DNA of 64,000 nt from Octopus vulgaris (GCA_951406725.2 OX597830.1:74648001-74712000); one strand, 5' to 3'; numbered from the stretch's first letter, positions 1 to 15,791 are shown. Translations and numbers: made by a program. The notes: a model not told the origin generated them from the sequence alone.

Positions 1-88
1 AAAATATAGACACACAGGTACATATATAAAACGAAGTTTAGACAAGAACTGAGTCTTCACCGGACCCCTACGAGCTGTTTTAAAGATA

Positions 89-291
89 ACACACACACAC
101 ACACACACACACACATGCACACACACACTCACAAACACACTCGCATGCACACATACAGTCATAAACACAAAACACGCACGCACACATATATAATTCCACA
201 CGGGCACACACACACTCGCAATCACATATACTGTCGTAAATACATATATATCAATATAATTTCACATGTGCGCACACACATATACACACAT

Positions 292-352
<61 letters not shown>

Positions 353-1375
353 CGCATTTTATTCTCATAGACGTAAATACAGTACACATACAAACACCCT
401 CTCATTTGCATAGTAAAACATGCAGACACACACAAACACACACGCACAACCATAAACGCATACACACACCCAAAGTCACATACAGACATCAAAAATGATA
501 TATGCAAACACACACAATCACACAATTACGATCAAGCGCACACGTTCATACTGCGGATATACTGACACTCTTTCACTCATGTTCACACGTACACACATAC
601 ATTTATATACACACACAAACTTTCTCTTTTTCTACCTTTCTCACCTTCTCTCCCTCTCTCTCTCTCTCTCTCACACACACACAGTCACACACATTCAGAC
701 ACACAATAACATACTTGCATACGCACACATTAACACGCACACATACGCACACAAACACACCTGTACATCAACAAATGCCGATAAACAAAGCGGCCTCAAC
801 GCACTCGCTCGTATTGCTGAAAATAGTAGCAAAATCTTTCGTGTATCTTCTTGCTTAGGCCTAGAAACTGAGGGTCTAGATACATCATAACGGCCCACAA
901 AAAAGGGTACGCATGGGAGAGTATCAAGGATCATAAATTTAAAAAGTTAAATTATTAAAAACATATACAAACAAACATATAATCGCATACATAGCATACA
1001 GATGCGCATGCATACATACATACATACATACATACATACATACATACATGCATACATACATACATACATATATACATACATACATATATAAATACATACA
1101 TACATACATAAATACATACATGCATACATACATACATACACACATACATAAATACATAAATGCATACATACATATATACAAAAATACATACATGCATACA
1201 TACGTGCATACATACATACATACATACATACATACATACATACATACATACATGCACATGTATACGTCTATGATTTCATATACACAAGCGTTCATAATTG
1301 TGGCTATACCTACATGCACACGTTACATGCGTATATAAATGCATATATTTATAGCATGCTCAAATGCATACATAG

Positions 1376-1419
<44 letters not shown>

Positions 1420-1683
1420 CAATGTATATAAAACCAGGCTCATCATATTCATACACGCAAGCATTCATCCACGCACGCAAAAAATACATATGCATTCAAA
1501 CATACACGCATGCATGCATGTAAGCATGCGTATCAATGGATGCATGTATAAACTAATATATAGTTTCATATCTGAGATGCATGCATGCATGAACATATAT
1601 ATATATATGTATATATATATAAATATATATATATGTATATATATGTATAAATATATGTATATATATATATATATATGTATAAA

Positions 1684-1770
<87 letters not shown>

Positions 1771-2572
1771 ATATATATATATGTATTATTCAAAGGAATT
1801 CCAACTCTGTCTGTTTTGTATGCTTTATTTATATTCTTTATAATATTAATGTAGAATATAGAATATATAGTATAAATAGTATATATATAGTAAAATGAAA
1901 TGAAGTATTGATTGTCTTATTGAATAGATGAAATATTGAATATCAAATATTAAGGGACTAGTATACTTTTTTGCATTAAAGCAGCCTTCAAGGTCCCAGG
2001 ATATGACAGGAGTGTTTATATATGTATGTATATATATATGTATATAATTATATTTATATGCATACATTCACATGCATAAATATAAGGATGTGTGTATGCA
2101 TTCATACATGCAGGTATACATTAAATACACACATATATACACATGGCTGTGTACAAGCATACGAGCATATATATAGGCATGTATACACACCGCACGCATG
2201 AACAAATTATACACGTATGCATTGATATATTTATTCGCCCATTGCATGCATACGTTACATTTACACACACACAAATATGGATACATACACAAGCGTTTAT
2301 ACACATCAAAGTATTGGTGAAGTAGTGACATTCATGCATCGTTTTCAAAGTCAGAGGCTAGTTAGGATACCGTTAGACAGACATGACAGACGGGTCCTGT
2401 GCGAGAAAACGTTCGAACCACGATCGTTCTATCGTTTTCATAGGTTTTTTAATCATCTAACGCTATGTTGTCATATATGAGTAATAAACGTGTCTCTGCA
2501 TGTATATAAACATACATATGTGTCTGTGTGTGTGTATGTGCGCGCACGTGCGTGCGTATGAGTGTGAGTCTG

Positions 2573-2612
<40 letters not shown>

Positions 2613-2619
2613 GATAGAC

Positions 2620-2650
<31 letters not shown>

Positions 2651-2752
2651 GAGAGACATATATTAATAAGTATATATGATAAAAATTGTCACCATCCCTC
2701 GGCCATTCTGTGTTATTACATATATGTGTGTGCATATACATACATGCATACA

Positions 2753-2820
<68 letters not shown>

Positions 2821-3295
2821 TATATTTTCATAATGCCTATATAAATAAACACTATATAACACATTTCTGTCTATATATATATGCAGACACACATAGATTA
2901 ATTTGTAAAAAATTAAATGTTTTATTTCCATAACAGCCTAATTTCATATATATGTGTATACGATGCATGTGATATAAATATAAATATAAATATAAATATA
3001 TATATATATATACATATATATAGTGTATATATATATATATATACTTATATATATACATATATATTTATATATATATATATATGCACACACACATATATAT
3101 ATACATACATACATACATATATATACATGTACATATATACATACATATAAATATATATATATGTATGATAATCAAGTTTGCTTATTATATATTTATAAAT
3201 ATGTGTGTATTTATGTATACATTTATAATATTTATATATTCATAGGTATATATAAATACACACACACATATATTACAATGTATATACATACATAC

Positions 3296-3354
<59 letters not shown>

Positions 3355-3357
3355 GTA

Positions 3358-3388
<31 letters not shown>

Positions 3389-3445
3389 GATATATATACA
3401 TATATATTCATATATATACATATACATAGATATGAATAACTAAAT
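89..3445. repeat. Compound (CA)n/(TACA)n/(TA)n microsatellite field, representative of fields across the whole window
   Basis: Directly visible; it accounts for the YI/HT/CV-repeat pseudo-ORFs. Confidence 0.95.
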
Positions 3446-3460
3446 ATGTGTATGTGCATG

Positions 3461-4545
3461 TACAAGGTGCGGTGAATGTATTGTCGTCTAAATTACACAA
3501 ATTTAAAAATAATACTGACATCTCATTTAACAGATATATTTACCAAAGTTACGTAAATATATAGTGAAATACTAAAGAGTAAATTTATTCAATAAATCTC
3601 CATTGGCTTCGACCATGGCCTCCAGGAGACTTCGGAATCTCCTGTAACTTTTCTGGACATGCCCCTTGTTTAAGTTGGTGAATGCTGCAATTATGTTTGA
3701 CTTCTGTTCATGTTTGGTGTTACAAAGTGTTTTGTTAGTCTCTCGCTCAACTGCGCCCCACACATAATGATCAAGGGGGTTGCAGTCTGGAGAGTTAGGT
3801 GGCCAGTTTTTAGGGGTGATATGGTCGCAGAAATTGTCAGACAGCCATGAACTGTGTTCTCCGGCTTGTGTGGCATAGTGGAGAGTTCTGTTACCAGACA
3901 TAGGGTCTTCCAGCAGCCACCATCTCGACTAGGGCAGCAGTACCTCCTCTACTCTTCTCCTCTGGAAGCAATCTGCTCGCGATGCCAGAGGGCGCACACT
4001 CTCTTACCCTGATGTAATCTCCAGGGATACAGGGATCCAGCAACAAGACCTCCGTAATGCTATGATGGACCGTGAAGTCTGGCGTAGCATAGTAAATTCC
4101 ATTGTCTCGACCACGGTCGAAATATGATGATTATGACCTCCTTTAGGCACTTGAAGTAGGCTTCCTTCTTGAATCTGAAGCACGGAGGAAGATGAATGGA
4201 AGTATAACGTCGCCATCACTAGTGATCACTCCAAACACAATGATGTCGACTGCATGTTCGATTTTTATCGTTCTCAGTACATGTCCTCAGAAAGTACTGT
4301 CCTCAGATTGACAGGCAAACACTGAGAAATGTTCGGACTGGAGTTTCCGGCGCAAATACCAATCAGTATAGCATGTAGTTTCCAAATTTCCGAGAGAGAG
4401 AATTGCATCATGATGCTGATTTTCACACAAACGGTGCCCAACTGAACCTACGATACCGTGTAGTCAACAAAACCCCAGAAAAACAAAGCTCATACGGGAA
4501 ATTAGAGTTGTAAAATGGCGAATAATTTACCCATTGCACTCTGCA
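3461..4545 (-). mobile_element. Decayed Tc1/mariner-superfamily DNA transposon (DDxD type), internally deleted and interrupted
   Basis: Minus-strand peptide WPPNSPDCNPLDHYVWG (3572-3901) matches the SPDLNPLD catalytic motif. Upstream frameshifted KCLKEVLLP..VAAGRPYVW. Degenerate terminal inverted repeats at about 3461-3490 and 4512-4545. Confidence 0.85.
3949..4135 (+). mobile_element. 5'-truncated RTE-clade LINE 3' end nested in the mariner
   Basis: Encodes LLLWKQSARDARGRTLSYPDVISRDTGIQQQDLRNAMMDREVWRSIV*, like an RTE C-terminus (DRxxWR). (TGA)n-like tail. Target-site duplication ACCTCCT at 3942-3948 and 4136-4142. Confidence 0.8.
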
Positions 4546-4614
4546 TATATATATATATGTTTGTCTGTGTATAAATATATATATATATATATACATACAT
4601 ATATAAATTTACCT

Positions 4615-4661
<47 letters not shown>

Positions 4662-5550
4662 CATATATGTATTTATGTGTATGTAGGTAAATTTATATAT
4701 GTTTTTTATATATATATATATATATATATCATATCTATATGTAGATGTTTATGTGTTTATATATGTATATACACAAACACATACACACATAGGCACACAC
4801 ACACATACACATGACAGGAGATAGTTCCAAATGTGGAAATAGCAGAATTTTGCATGTTTACACGATTATACCCACCAAGTTAATACATTGTGTGTGTGTG
4901 CGTGCATGTGCATTTGTGTGTGTGTATATAGATCCACATAGACACACACACACACATATATATATAAATATTTATATATATATATATAAATATTTATATA
5001 TATATGTATATATATATATGTGTATATATATATATAAATATTTATAAATATATGTAAATATATATATGTGTGTGTGTGTGCATATATATATATATATATA
5101 TACACACATAAATATATATAAGTGAATACACACACATACACACACAGACACACATATATATACATATATATAAAGAGAGAGAAAGTGAAAGATCGAAAGA
5201 TAGAGAGAGAGAGAAAGACAGAAAAATAGAGACAAAGAGAGGGGAAAGAAAGTGAGGGGGTAAGAGCGAGGAATATAGACAGAGAGATCGATAGATAGAT
5301 TGATAGATATAGAAGGAGAGATAGACAGACAGACAGACAATTAGACAGACAGACTGACTGATAAGTAGATTGACAGATAGTTTGATCTATAATATGTTGA
5401 CATATACATACAAGCATACTGTCATATCTAAAGGAATTTATAAATACGCACATACATACATACATACATACATACACACACACATATTCATATATATATA
5501 TAGCTGCTATCTCTGGGCTTCCAAACATTCTTGTCAGATGTTGTTTTATA

Positions 5551-5785
5551 TATTTCTTTACTACCCACAAGAAGCTAAACACAGACGGGGACAAACAAGG
5601 ACAGACAAACGAATTAAGTCGATTATATCGACGCCAGTGCGTAACTGGTACTTAATTTATCGACTCAGAAAGGATGAAAGGCAAAGTCGACCTCGGCGGA
5701 ATTTGAACTCAAAACGTAACGGCAGCCGAAATACGGCTACGCATTTCGCCCGGCGTGCTAACGTTTCTGCCAGCTCGCCGCCTTA
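5551..5785 (-). mobile_element. tRNA-derived SINE, family B, full-length copy with TSD
   Basis: Minus strand reads GGCGGCGAGCTGGCAGAA...GAGTTCAAATTCC (B box)...GCCTTTCATCCTTTC. Flanked by AGATGTTGTTTTATA (5536-5550) and AGATGTTGTGCTATA (5786-5800). Many related copies in the window. Confidence 0.85.
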
Positions 5786-5951
5786 AGATGTTGTGCTATA
5801 AAGTGATATTGGTATGGCTAACAACGCTCAATGGTGTTGATATTGTTTACAAATGGATCATTCGCTTTTAAAATAAATAAATGACCTGTACTTTATAGGG
5901 TACGAAGAATTTAGAAAACGACACATACACACATATCATAATATATATGTA

Positions 5952-6260
5952 TTCTCTTTTACACTCTTTTACTTGTTTCAGTCATTTGACTGTGGCCATG
6001 CTGGAGCACCGCCTTTAGTCGAAGAAATCGCCCCCCCCCCCACCAGGACTTATTCTTTGTAAGCCTAGTACTTATTCTATCCGTCAGTTTTGCCGAACCG
6101 CTAAGTTACGGGGACGTAAACACACCAGCATTGGTTGTCAAGCGATGTGGGGGGGGGGGACAAACACAGACACACAATACACATGCATATATATACATAT
6201 ATATGACGAGGCTATAGTAGAAGACACTTGCCCAAGGTGCCACGCAGTGGGACTGAACCT
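5952..6260 (-). mobile_element. tRNA-derived SINE, family A (partial)
   Basis: Body and tail TTGTTTCAGTCATTTGACTGTGGCCATGCTGGAGCACC plus partial head; matches the other copies. Confidence 0.8.
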
Positions 6261-6274
6261 GTATATATTATATT

Positions 6275-6325
<51 letters not shown>

Positions 6326-6352
6326 ATATAATATTATATATATATGTATTCA

Positions 6353-6389
<37 letters not shown>

Positions 6390-7319
6390 TTATGTATGTA
6401 GGTATGTATGTATGTACGCATGTATGTGTGTATATAAATATAGATGCATGCTAGTATATGTGCATATTTCTAAATACAGATACATACAACCTTACCTCTG
6501 TTTGTTTACTCTGCTACCTGTGCATGCATATATATGCATGTATATATACATATAGATGTAGGTATGTACATATATGTATGTATGTATGCATATGATTTAT
6601 TTACTAAATTGTATATATATATATATACACACACACATACATATATAGAGTCATTTATAAAGCTTTACACTTATATAAATAATTATATATTTTTATAAAC
6701 TATATCCGTGTGTATATATATTAGAAATAAAAAAATACACACATGTGTACACGCACACGCATATCGCACACGCGCGCACACACACACACGCACACACATA
6801 CACACACACACATAGACACACCTCAAACACACACACACTTTCCCCCTCTCATCTCTCTCTCCCCCATCTTTCTCTCTCACTCTCTCACTCTCACTCACAC
6901 ACGCACACATGCACACTCACACACTCATACATCTATATTCACACATACATGTCATGAAAGATAGCTGTCAATGGAGAATACCATGTAGAGAAGTTGGACT
7001 TATTATATGGCGAATTAATTACACGTGTAGAATAATAGACATACTGTGAGGGAGAGTAATGTGTGTGGAGCACTTTGCTGATAATTACGTAAGAAAAACA
7101 TGAAACACTGATATTACACTGCTAGTATTAATTGTTTCATTCGTTAAATATCTGTGTTATATAGGTATGGAAGTGTTTATGCATGCACACACATGCACGC
7201 ACGCACACACATGCCCACACACATACACATATATAATGAGAGGGAAGAGATAAGAGGATGCATATATATATACACACATACACACACACACACTCGCACG
7301 CGCACACACATATATATAA

Positions 7320-7393
<74 letters not shown>

Positions 7394-7672
7394 TGATACA
7401 GTATATATACACATATATATACATATGATATATGTATATATTTATGAAGATATACGTAGATGTATATATATCAATCTATCTATATATCTATATATATATA
7501 CGTATATATATAAATATATACATATATGTATATATCTATATGTGTATTGTACAAAATATAACTATATATATATGTGTGTGTATATATGTATATATTATAC
7601 ACACACATATGTATATATATATATATACATTTAAACATATATATGTATATGTGTATATATATTGTATCAATG

Positions 7673-7717
<45 letters not shown>

Positions 7718-7727
7718 AATATATATT

Positions 7728-7760
<33 letters not shown>

Positions 7761-7887
7761 AATATATACGTATATTCTTCATATGAAATATATATATATA
7801 TATATATATTATATCTATATAACTATTCATATATATGTATATTCTTCATATATGAAATATATATACATATATATATATATGTATATC

Positions 7888-7960
<73 letters not shown>

Positions 7961-8327
7961 CTATATAACTATCATATATATCACACACACATATATATAT
8001 ACATGCACATGAGTGAGTGAGTGAGAGAGAGAGAGAGAAAATAAGAAATAAAGAGAAAGAGGAGGAAAGTAAATTTTTCCTCGTTTCTCAAACTCCGAGT
8101 AGTGTCTCTTGTAAATATAATTTTCTGATACTGATTATACTTTAACGCTAATTCCTCTTTCCCCAGACTCTCTCATTCCTACATACTCTACATCCAGCAC
8201 AGGTACAGGTGTAGAATTATATACACTCTCTACAAATATGTACAATGCGCACGTACTCATGCATACGTATACAGACAAATAAATGTGCATATAAGAACGC
8301 ACGCAAGTGAAAAAGGCCTTTATTCTG

Positions 8328-8646
8328 GGTGTGTGGTAAGAAGCTTGCTTCCCAACCACATGGTACTGCGTTCAGTTCTATTCCACAACATTTTGGACGA
8401 GTGCTTTATATTATAGCCTCGGGCCGAAGAAAACCTTCTGAGTGGATTTGGTAGACGGAAACTGAAAGAAACCTGTCGTTTTAAACGTATCTATCTATCA
8501 ATCTATCTATCTATCTATCTTCTTTCTTTTCCTTATTTTTCTTTTTTTCTTCTTTCCTTTACAATCCCTTTGATCTACCTACCCCACTTTTTTTTTCTAG
8601 CTCTACTTTGTAATCTGTCCCATCTGTGTGCAGCTCTGTGTGGCTA

Positions 8647-8730
<84 letters not shown>

Positions 8731-8918
8731 GTCTGTCTATCTATGTGTGTGTTTGTCCCCCACCACCGCTTGACAACCGTTGTTGGTGTGTTTACGTCTC
8801 CGTCAATTAGGAGTTCGGCAAATTTAGTGGGGTCAAGTCATTGAACTAGAACTTTTTAAGTCGGTGCTCCAGCATGACACCAGTCTAATGACTGAAAGCA
8901 TTAAAGGAATGAAAGAGC
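8328..8918 (+). mobile_element. SINE family A with expanded internal (TATC)n
   Basis: Head GTGTGGTAAGAAGCTTGCTTCCCAACCAC...GACGGAAACTGAAAGAA, then microsatellite, then body CTTGACAACC...GCTCCAGCATG. Confidence 0.75.
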
Positions 8919-9365
8919 ACCTTTTTGTGGTTGTATGTTTGTGTTAATATGCATTAATGCGACGGTGTGTATGCCTGTCTGTATGTGTGTATTTAATCTT
9001 GCATACTTTGAAGCATGCATGTATGTGTATAGGTATTTATGTATGAAGGTATGTAAACATCTATGTATGATGTATGTGTTTATGTATGTAAGATTGCATA
9101 AGCTTTGATTGCTCTTAAATATGTATGTTTTGAATGTTGGACGGTCAGTAATTGGGCCCGTAGTGGGGCAGACTTGAAGTTTTTAGCAGAAAATAACCAG
9201 CTCAGTATTTATCTTGAATATCAGATATTTATGTATCGATCTCTTTACTGAAACGTTACGTTATGGGGACGTAACCAAACCAGCACCGATTATAAACACC
9301 AGTGGAGTATATACACAAACACAAATACACACCAGCACGCTCACATATATGCGCGCACTTGTAAC

Positions 9366-9402
<37 letters not shown>

Positions 9403-9404
9403 AA

Positions 9405-9747
9405 GCGGAGGCATGGCTGTGTGGTAAGGTGTTGGCTTCCTAAACCAGATGAATCTGGTATGAGTTCCATTCCGTGGCTCCTTGGGAAATTGTCTTCTAC
9501 TATAGCCTCGGGCCAATCAAATCATTGTGAGTGGATTTACTAGACGGAAACTGAAAGAAGCCCGTCGTGTATGTGAGCATATATATATATATGAGTGCGT
9601 GTGTGTGGATGGGTGGGTATGTGTTTGTGTGTGTGTGTTGGTTTTGGGGCCAGTATCATCTACTGTAGCCTCGGGCTGATCATATATATATATATATGTA
9701 TATGTGTGTGTGTGTGTGTGTGTGTAAATATGTACATATATATATAT

Positions 9748-9804
<57 letters not shown>

Positions 9805-10028
9805 TGTATGTATGTATAAATGTCTGTGTTTATCCCCCACCATCACTTGACAACCTATGTTGGTGTGTTTACGTCTCCGCAACCTGGCTGTGCGGCAAAA
9901 GACACTGATAGATTAAGTACTTAGCTTACAAGGAGAAAGTCGTGGGGTCAATTTTTTTCGACTAAAAGCCCGTCAAGGTGATGCTCCACTATGGCTTCAG
10001 GTAAATAACAGAAATAAAAAGAATTAAA
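9405..10028 (+). mobile_element. SINE family A with internal microsatellite
   Basis: Same head, microsatellite and body order as the other copies. Confidence 0.75.
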
Positions 10029-10714
10029 AAAATAAAAGTATATATATGTGTGTGTGTGTGTGTTTGTGTGTATGTATACGCATACACACACATGTATGTA
10101 TATACTCTTTACCAAATTTTCACTGAGAAAACTTTGGCGGGCCGGGGGCTTAAACAGAATATAGTTGACCAAGGTTTCACGCAGTCAGCCTGAACTTTTA
10201 CCACGTGGTTTGAGAAGCGAGCGTCTTAGCCACACAGTTAAGCGCATCCCTATGCATCGATAGCTGTGTTTGTGTGTTGGGATTGTGTGTCTGCTTGCCT
10301 TCGTACGTATCCCTCTCTGTTGAAATCCACTGTGTTGTAAATGTTATTGCTACTGTTGTTGGTGCTGTTGTGTAGCCCAGGTCCAACTCCGACTGAGTAA
10401 ACCTATAATCAACGTCTTTCCAACCGTGACAAACCCTTCCATTTCTTTTTCTTTTCTTTCTGCTTTTTTCTTTTTAAAATACGTAACGTAATGAGATCTT
10501 TTTACTTTTCAAAAATCAAAGTGAATGATTTGAATCAGACTTGACTGCTATTTCTAGCGCATAGAGCATAAACTTTTTCAGCTCCTACTGTGGTCAATGT
10601 TTCGGTCTTTCGTGTTGTTACTGTTCTTTAGCCTTACATCTGCTCCGTTTGTACTTAATGTCTTTATACATTAAGTTTCCGGGTACATAGACGGACAGTT
10701 TATGCGTGTATTTT

Positions 10715-11274
<560 letters not shown>

Positions 11275-11639
11275 ATATATATATATATATATATATATGT
11301 TTGTCTGTAAGATTGTGCATGTGTTAGTGTTTTATTTTGTGTGTGTAGTATGTTTGTGTGTGTATATATTATGTTTGCGTGTGTATGTGGCTGCATTGCT
11401 TGTATGTATGTTTAATCGTACAATGAGTGTATGTGTGCGTGCTTGTGAATGCGTGTATGTATGAGCTCGCACGGTGTTTGTAGTATAGCAAATGCGTGTG
11501 TGTGTGTATATGTGTAGTGTAAACGTAAGTCTCTAAAGGAATAAACTCCGTGTATGTATGTGTTTATGTGTGTGAGTCTGTGTGTGTGTGTATGTGTGTA
11601 TGTGTGCATGCATTTTGTGTTGCAAGTTAATGCATAAAT

Positions 11640-12089
11640 GATATAGTTGCTTCTCAACCACATAGTTCCGGGTTCCATCCTCCTGTGTGACACCTTGAGC
11701 TGGTGTCTCCTACAGTAGCCTCAAGCCGATCAAAGCCATGTGAGTGGGTCCGGTAGACGGAAACTGGAAGAAGCCCGTCGTGTATGTGTGCATATATATA
11801 TGTGTGTGTGTATGTGTGCGTGAGTGTATGTGTGTGTGTGCGCGTGTGTGTGTATATATACCTATTTATGTGTCTCTGTGTTTGGCCCCCACCACTTTTA
11901 CAAATAATACGATAAAATAAGTACTAGGCGTGACAAAATAAGTCCTGGGGTCGATTTGTCCGACTAGAACCCTTTAAGACGATGCTCCACCATGGCCGCA
12001 GTCTAATGAGATGAGCTGCTATAGCCTCGGGTCGACCAATGCCTTGTGAGTGGATATGGAAGACGGAAACTGAAAGAAGCCCATCGTAA

Positions 12090-12120
<31 letters not shown>

Positions 12121-12400
12121 TAATCCAAACGGGAAAACAGAAAAACAACAACACGTGGATGTGTGTGTGTGTGTATGTATGTATATATATACATGTATAT
12201 GTTTGTGTGAGTTTGTCCCTCGCCACTATCGCTTGCCAAATGATATTGATGTGTTTACGTTCCCGTAACTTAGCGGTTTGGCCTAAATGACCGAAAAAAT
12301 AAGTAGTAGGCTTGCAGGTCCTGGAGGTCGATGTGTTCGACTGAATGTGGTGCTCCAGCATGGCCGCAGTCAAATGACTGAAAGTGAAAGATTAAAAGAA
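11640..12400 (+). mobile_element. Two adjacent SINE family A copies
   Basis: Head, body and tail at about 11640-12010; a second, 5'-truncated copy at about 12017-12400. Confidence 0.75.
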
Positions 12401-12604
12401 CATACATAATTTCAAGCGCGTCTCTATACACACCTACAGATATAAACACAAGCATACAACGCGCGCGAAACGATATGCAGCGGGTTGTGTCACTGCTAGC
12501 ATGCTGCTGCTGTGCGTGCGTGTGTGCGTGTTGTGTGTGTGTGTGTGTGTGTGCATGCGCGTGAGTGTATGTGTGTGTGCGTGTGTGTGTGTGTGTGTGC
12601 TATA

Positions 12605-12863
12605 TTCTTTTTATATATTTTTACTTGTTTCAGTCATTTGACTGCGGCCATGCTGGTGCACCGACTCTAGTCGAGCAAATCGACCCCATGACTTCTTCTT
12701 TGTAAGTGTAGAACTTATTCTGTCGGTCTCTTTTGCCGAACCGCTAATTTACGGCACAAACACAGACATACAAACATACACACACACACACACGCATACA
12801 TACATGTATACATACATACATACATGCATACATACATACATACATACATGCATACATACATAC

Positions 12864-12896
<33 letters not shown>

Positions 12897-13386
12897 CTGT
12901 ATGTGAATATTTTAATATTGTAAGCGTGTTTAAGTTGGATGATGTGTGTATCTGTGTGCATGTGCTTGTGAGTGTGTATATGTATGTATATATATATATA
13001 TATATATATATACTCTTTACCCTCTTTACTCCCTTACTTGTTTCAGTCATTTGACTGTGGCCATGCTTGAACACCACCTTTAGTCAAGCAAATCGATCCC
13101 GGGACTTATTCTTCGTAAGCCTAATACCTATTCTATCGGTTCCTTTTTCCGAACCGCTAAGTGACAGTGACATAAACACACCAGCATCGGTTGTCAAGCA
13201 ATGCTAGGAGGACAAACACCGACACACAAACATGCACACACACAGTTTCCGTCTACCAAATCCACTCACAAGGCTTTGGTTGGCCCGAGGCTACAGTAGA
13301 AGACACTTGCCCAAGATGCCACGCAGTGGGACTGAACCCGGAACCATGTGCTTAGTAAGCAAGATACTTACCACACAGCCACTCCA
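12605..13386 (-). mobile_element. Two SINE family A copies (partial 12605-12770; near complete 13011-13386)
   Basis: Repeated TTGTTTCAGTCATTTGACTG tail; head ending ACCACACAGCCACTCC. Confidence 0.8.
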
Positions 13387-13424
13387 TATATATATATACA
13401 TTTTATATATATATATATATATAC

Positions 13425-13590
13425 ACATTTTTTCTCTCCTTGTTTTTTCTGTGTCCCTGTTTGTAGAAGAGCCTAGGCTCGAAACGTAAAAGACTTTTTC
13501 TATTCTTGAGCGTTATACTAATACTTCTGTTTATTTTGTACACCACCTGTCTTCGTCTTTTGTTTTTTTTCGTAAACTCTCCCTATATGA
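13425..13590 (+). mobile_element. Penelope-like terminal repeat remnant with degenerate hammerhead core
   Basis: TAGAAGAGCCTAGGCTCGAAACGTA at 13464-13488 resembles the minimal hammerhead cores of Penelope-like elements; the core is imperfect. Confidence 0.4.
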
Positions 13591-14285
13591 TATATATATG
13601 GAGCTATATGAGAAGATACTCGCCCAAGGTTAAGCGGAGTGGAACTGAACTTATGACCACATAGCAGAGAATCGAGTTTGTTACCTACACTGCCAGTCAC
13701 AAATTTAGGTTTTTTACTTATTGCGTGTGTGTTTATGTGTAAATATTTTGTTTCGAAAGTTTCATTGTGAAAATATTGTATGATAAATTTAGGTAAGTAC
13801 GTGTGTATTTCATTGTTATGCTGTATAATAAGAGTGCGAGTGTGAGTGTGTATGTGCGTGTGAGCGTGCGTGTATGTGTGTGAATGTGTGTGTATGCTTG
13901 TGTATATGAGTGTGTGCAAGAGAAAGTGCTGAAGAGCATGCTTGCAATGAGTATGAATGTGTTCTGTTATAAGTGTGTGTATGGAATTTCTATGTGTGCG
14001 TGCGTGTTTGCTTTTTTGTTTGTGTGTGTGTGTGTATGTGTGTGCGCGTGTGTGTATGTGTGTATGTGGTTAATGTATAGTATGTCTGCCTGTATGTTGT
14101 ATCTAGATGTGTGCATCGAGTAGTCGTAAGTGTGTGTGTATGTGAACGTGTTATGACTTTGTGTATAAATATCTTGTATTCCATGATTGTGTTTATATTT
14201 ATTGTATAGCATGTGTGTTGTGTGAATATATGTTGTACAGAAACTTATGTGTATAGGAATATATTGCTTAGAAAACTGGAGTATG

Positions 14286-14366
<81 letters not shown>

Positions 14367-14631
14367 GTAGTTCAGTTTCTTTGCGTGTGTGTATTATATA
14401 GATTGTGTGTGAATATATTCTGTAAGTCTGTGTATGAGTGTGTCTGTGCGAGTGTGTGCGTGCATGCGTGTATGCGTGTGTGTTTGTGTCTCTGTGTGTG
14501 TGTGTTATATTGTGTTTGTGGGTGCGTGTGAAAATGTGTTGTAAGCTGAATTGAGAGTTGTGTAGTTTATGTGTTCGATGGTGTTGGATCGAAAATAAAT
14601 CTGTAAAACTTTTGTGTAAAAATTTATATAA

Positions 14632-15122
14632 GTGCAGATATGGCTGTATGGTAAAAAAAAAAAAAATTGTTTAACAACCACCTGATTCAGTGGTCAGTCC
14701 CACTGCGTGGCACCTTGGATAAGTGTCTTCTACTATAGCCATGGGCCTGCGAAAGCCTTGTGAGTGGATTTGGTAGACAGAAAATGAAAGAAGTATAAAA
14801 ATTGTGCGTATCAGTGTTTGTTCCCACCAGCGCTTGACAACCGGTGTTGGTGTGTTTATGTCCCGTAACTTAGCTGTTCGGCAAAGCAGACCGATTGAAT
14901 AAGTGCCCTAGCATGGCCGCAATCTAAGAACTGAAAAGAAGTGAATAGTAAAAGATATGTACAAACACAAGTGTGGCTATGTGGTTAAGATGCTTGCTTC
15001 CCAACTATGCGTTTTTGGGTTCGGTTCCACTATTCGGCATCATGGACTGTTGTTTACAAATATATCTCCGGATCCAACTTAGTTTGGATGTGAAACTAAA
15101 AGATGGAAAATAAAAGAAGTCT
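14632..15122 (+). mobile_element. SINE family A copy followed by a second diverged head
   Basis: GTCCCACTGCGTGGCACCTTGGATAAGTGTCTTCTACTATAGCC head, body and tail; a new head starts at about 14970. Confidence 0.7.
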
Positions 15123-15124
15123 AA

Positions 15125-15171
<47 letters not shown>

Positions 15172-15728
15172 AGGGGAGTGTTGAGTTTGTAATTTTGTGT
15201 GTTTGTAAAGGTATTACAAGAGAGACTTTGTGTGTGTGTGTTTGCGTGTATATTTGTGTGTGTCTGTCCGTGTGTATTGCTACTTTGTTTGTGGATGTGT
15301 TGTAAATTAATCTTTTGTGCGTGTGTGTGTGTGTATCAGTATATGGTATAATGATTGTGTATGAGATGGTGTTCAATATAGTAGGTTTTAAAACATGTAT
15401 TAAACCTACAATATCATTCTCTTTACAAACATTTAATAAGGTATGAATGAGGTAGCCAGTAGACGGTTCTTTAAACAGCTAAAAGCAGAAGCCTCATAAC
15501 CCTCAAAACTATACTTTCACTATGTATTCTGAAACAAATGGGCGCACACACACTCGTCCGCACACATACACACACACACACTTCCTCACATACGTGCACA
15601 TATAGAGCCGCTTAAAGCGGCTGGTCACGGTTGGGGAGAATTTAGTCGTTGATGTCACTAAAAGTACTGATCTACTGCAGAGGTATAAAGGCATTAACAA
15701 CATACATACATACATACATACATACATA

Positions 15729-15791
<63 letters not shown>

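Noticed and set aside
3981-3997. CTCF-like TGCCAGAGGGCGC
   Set aside because: Partial match inside RTE coding sequence; likely chance.
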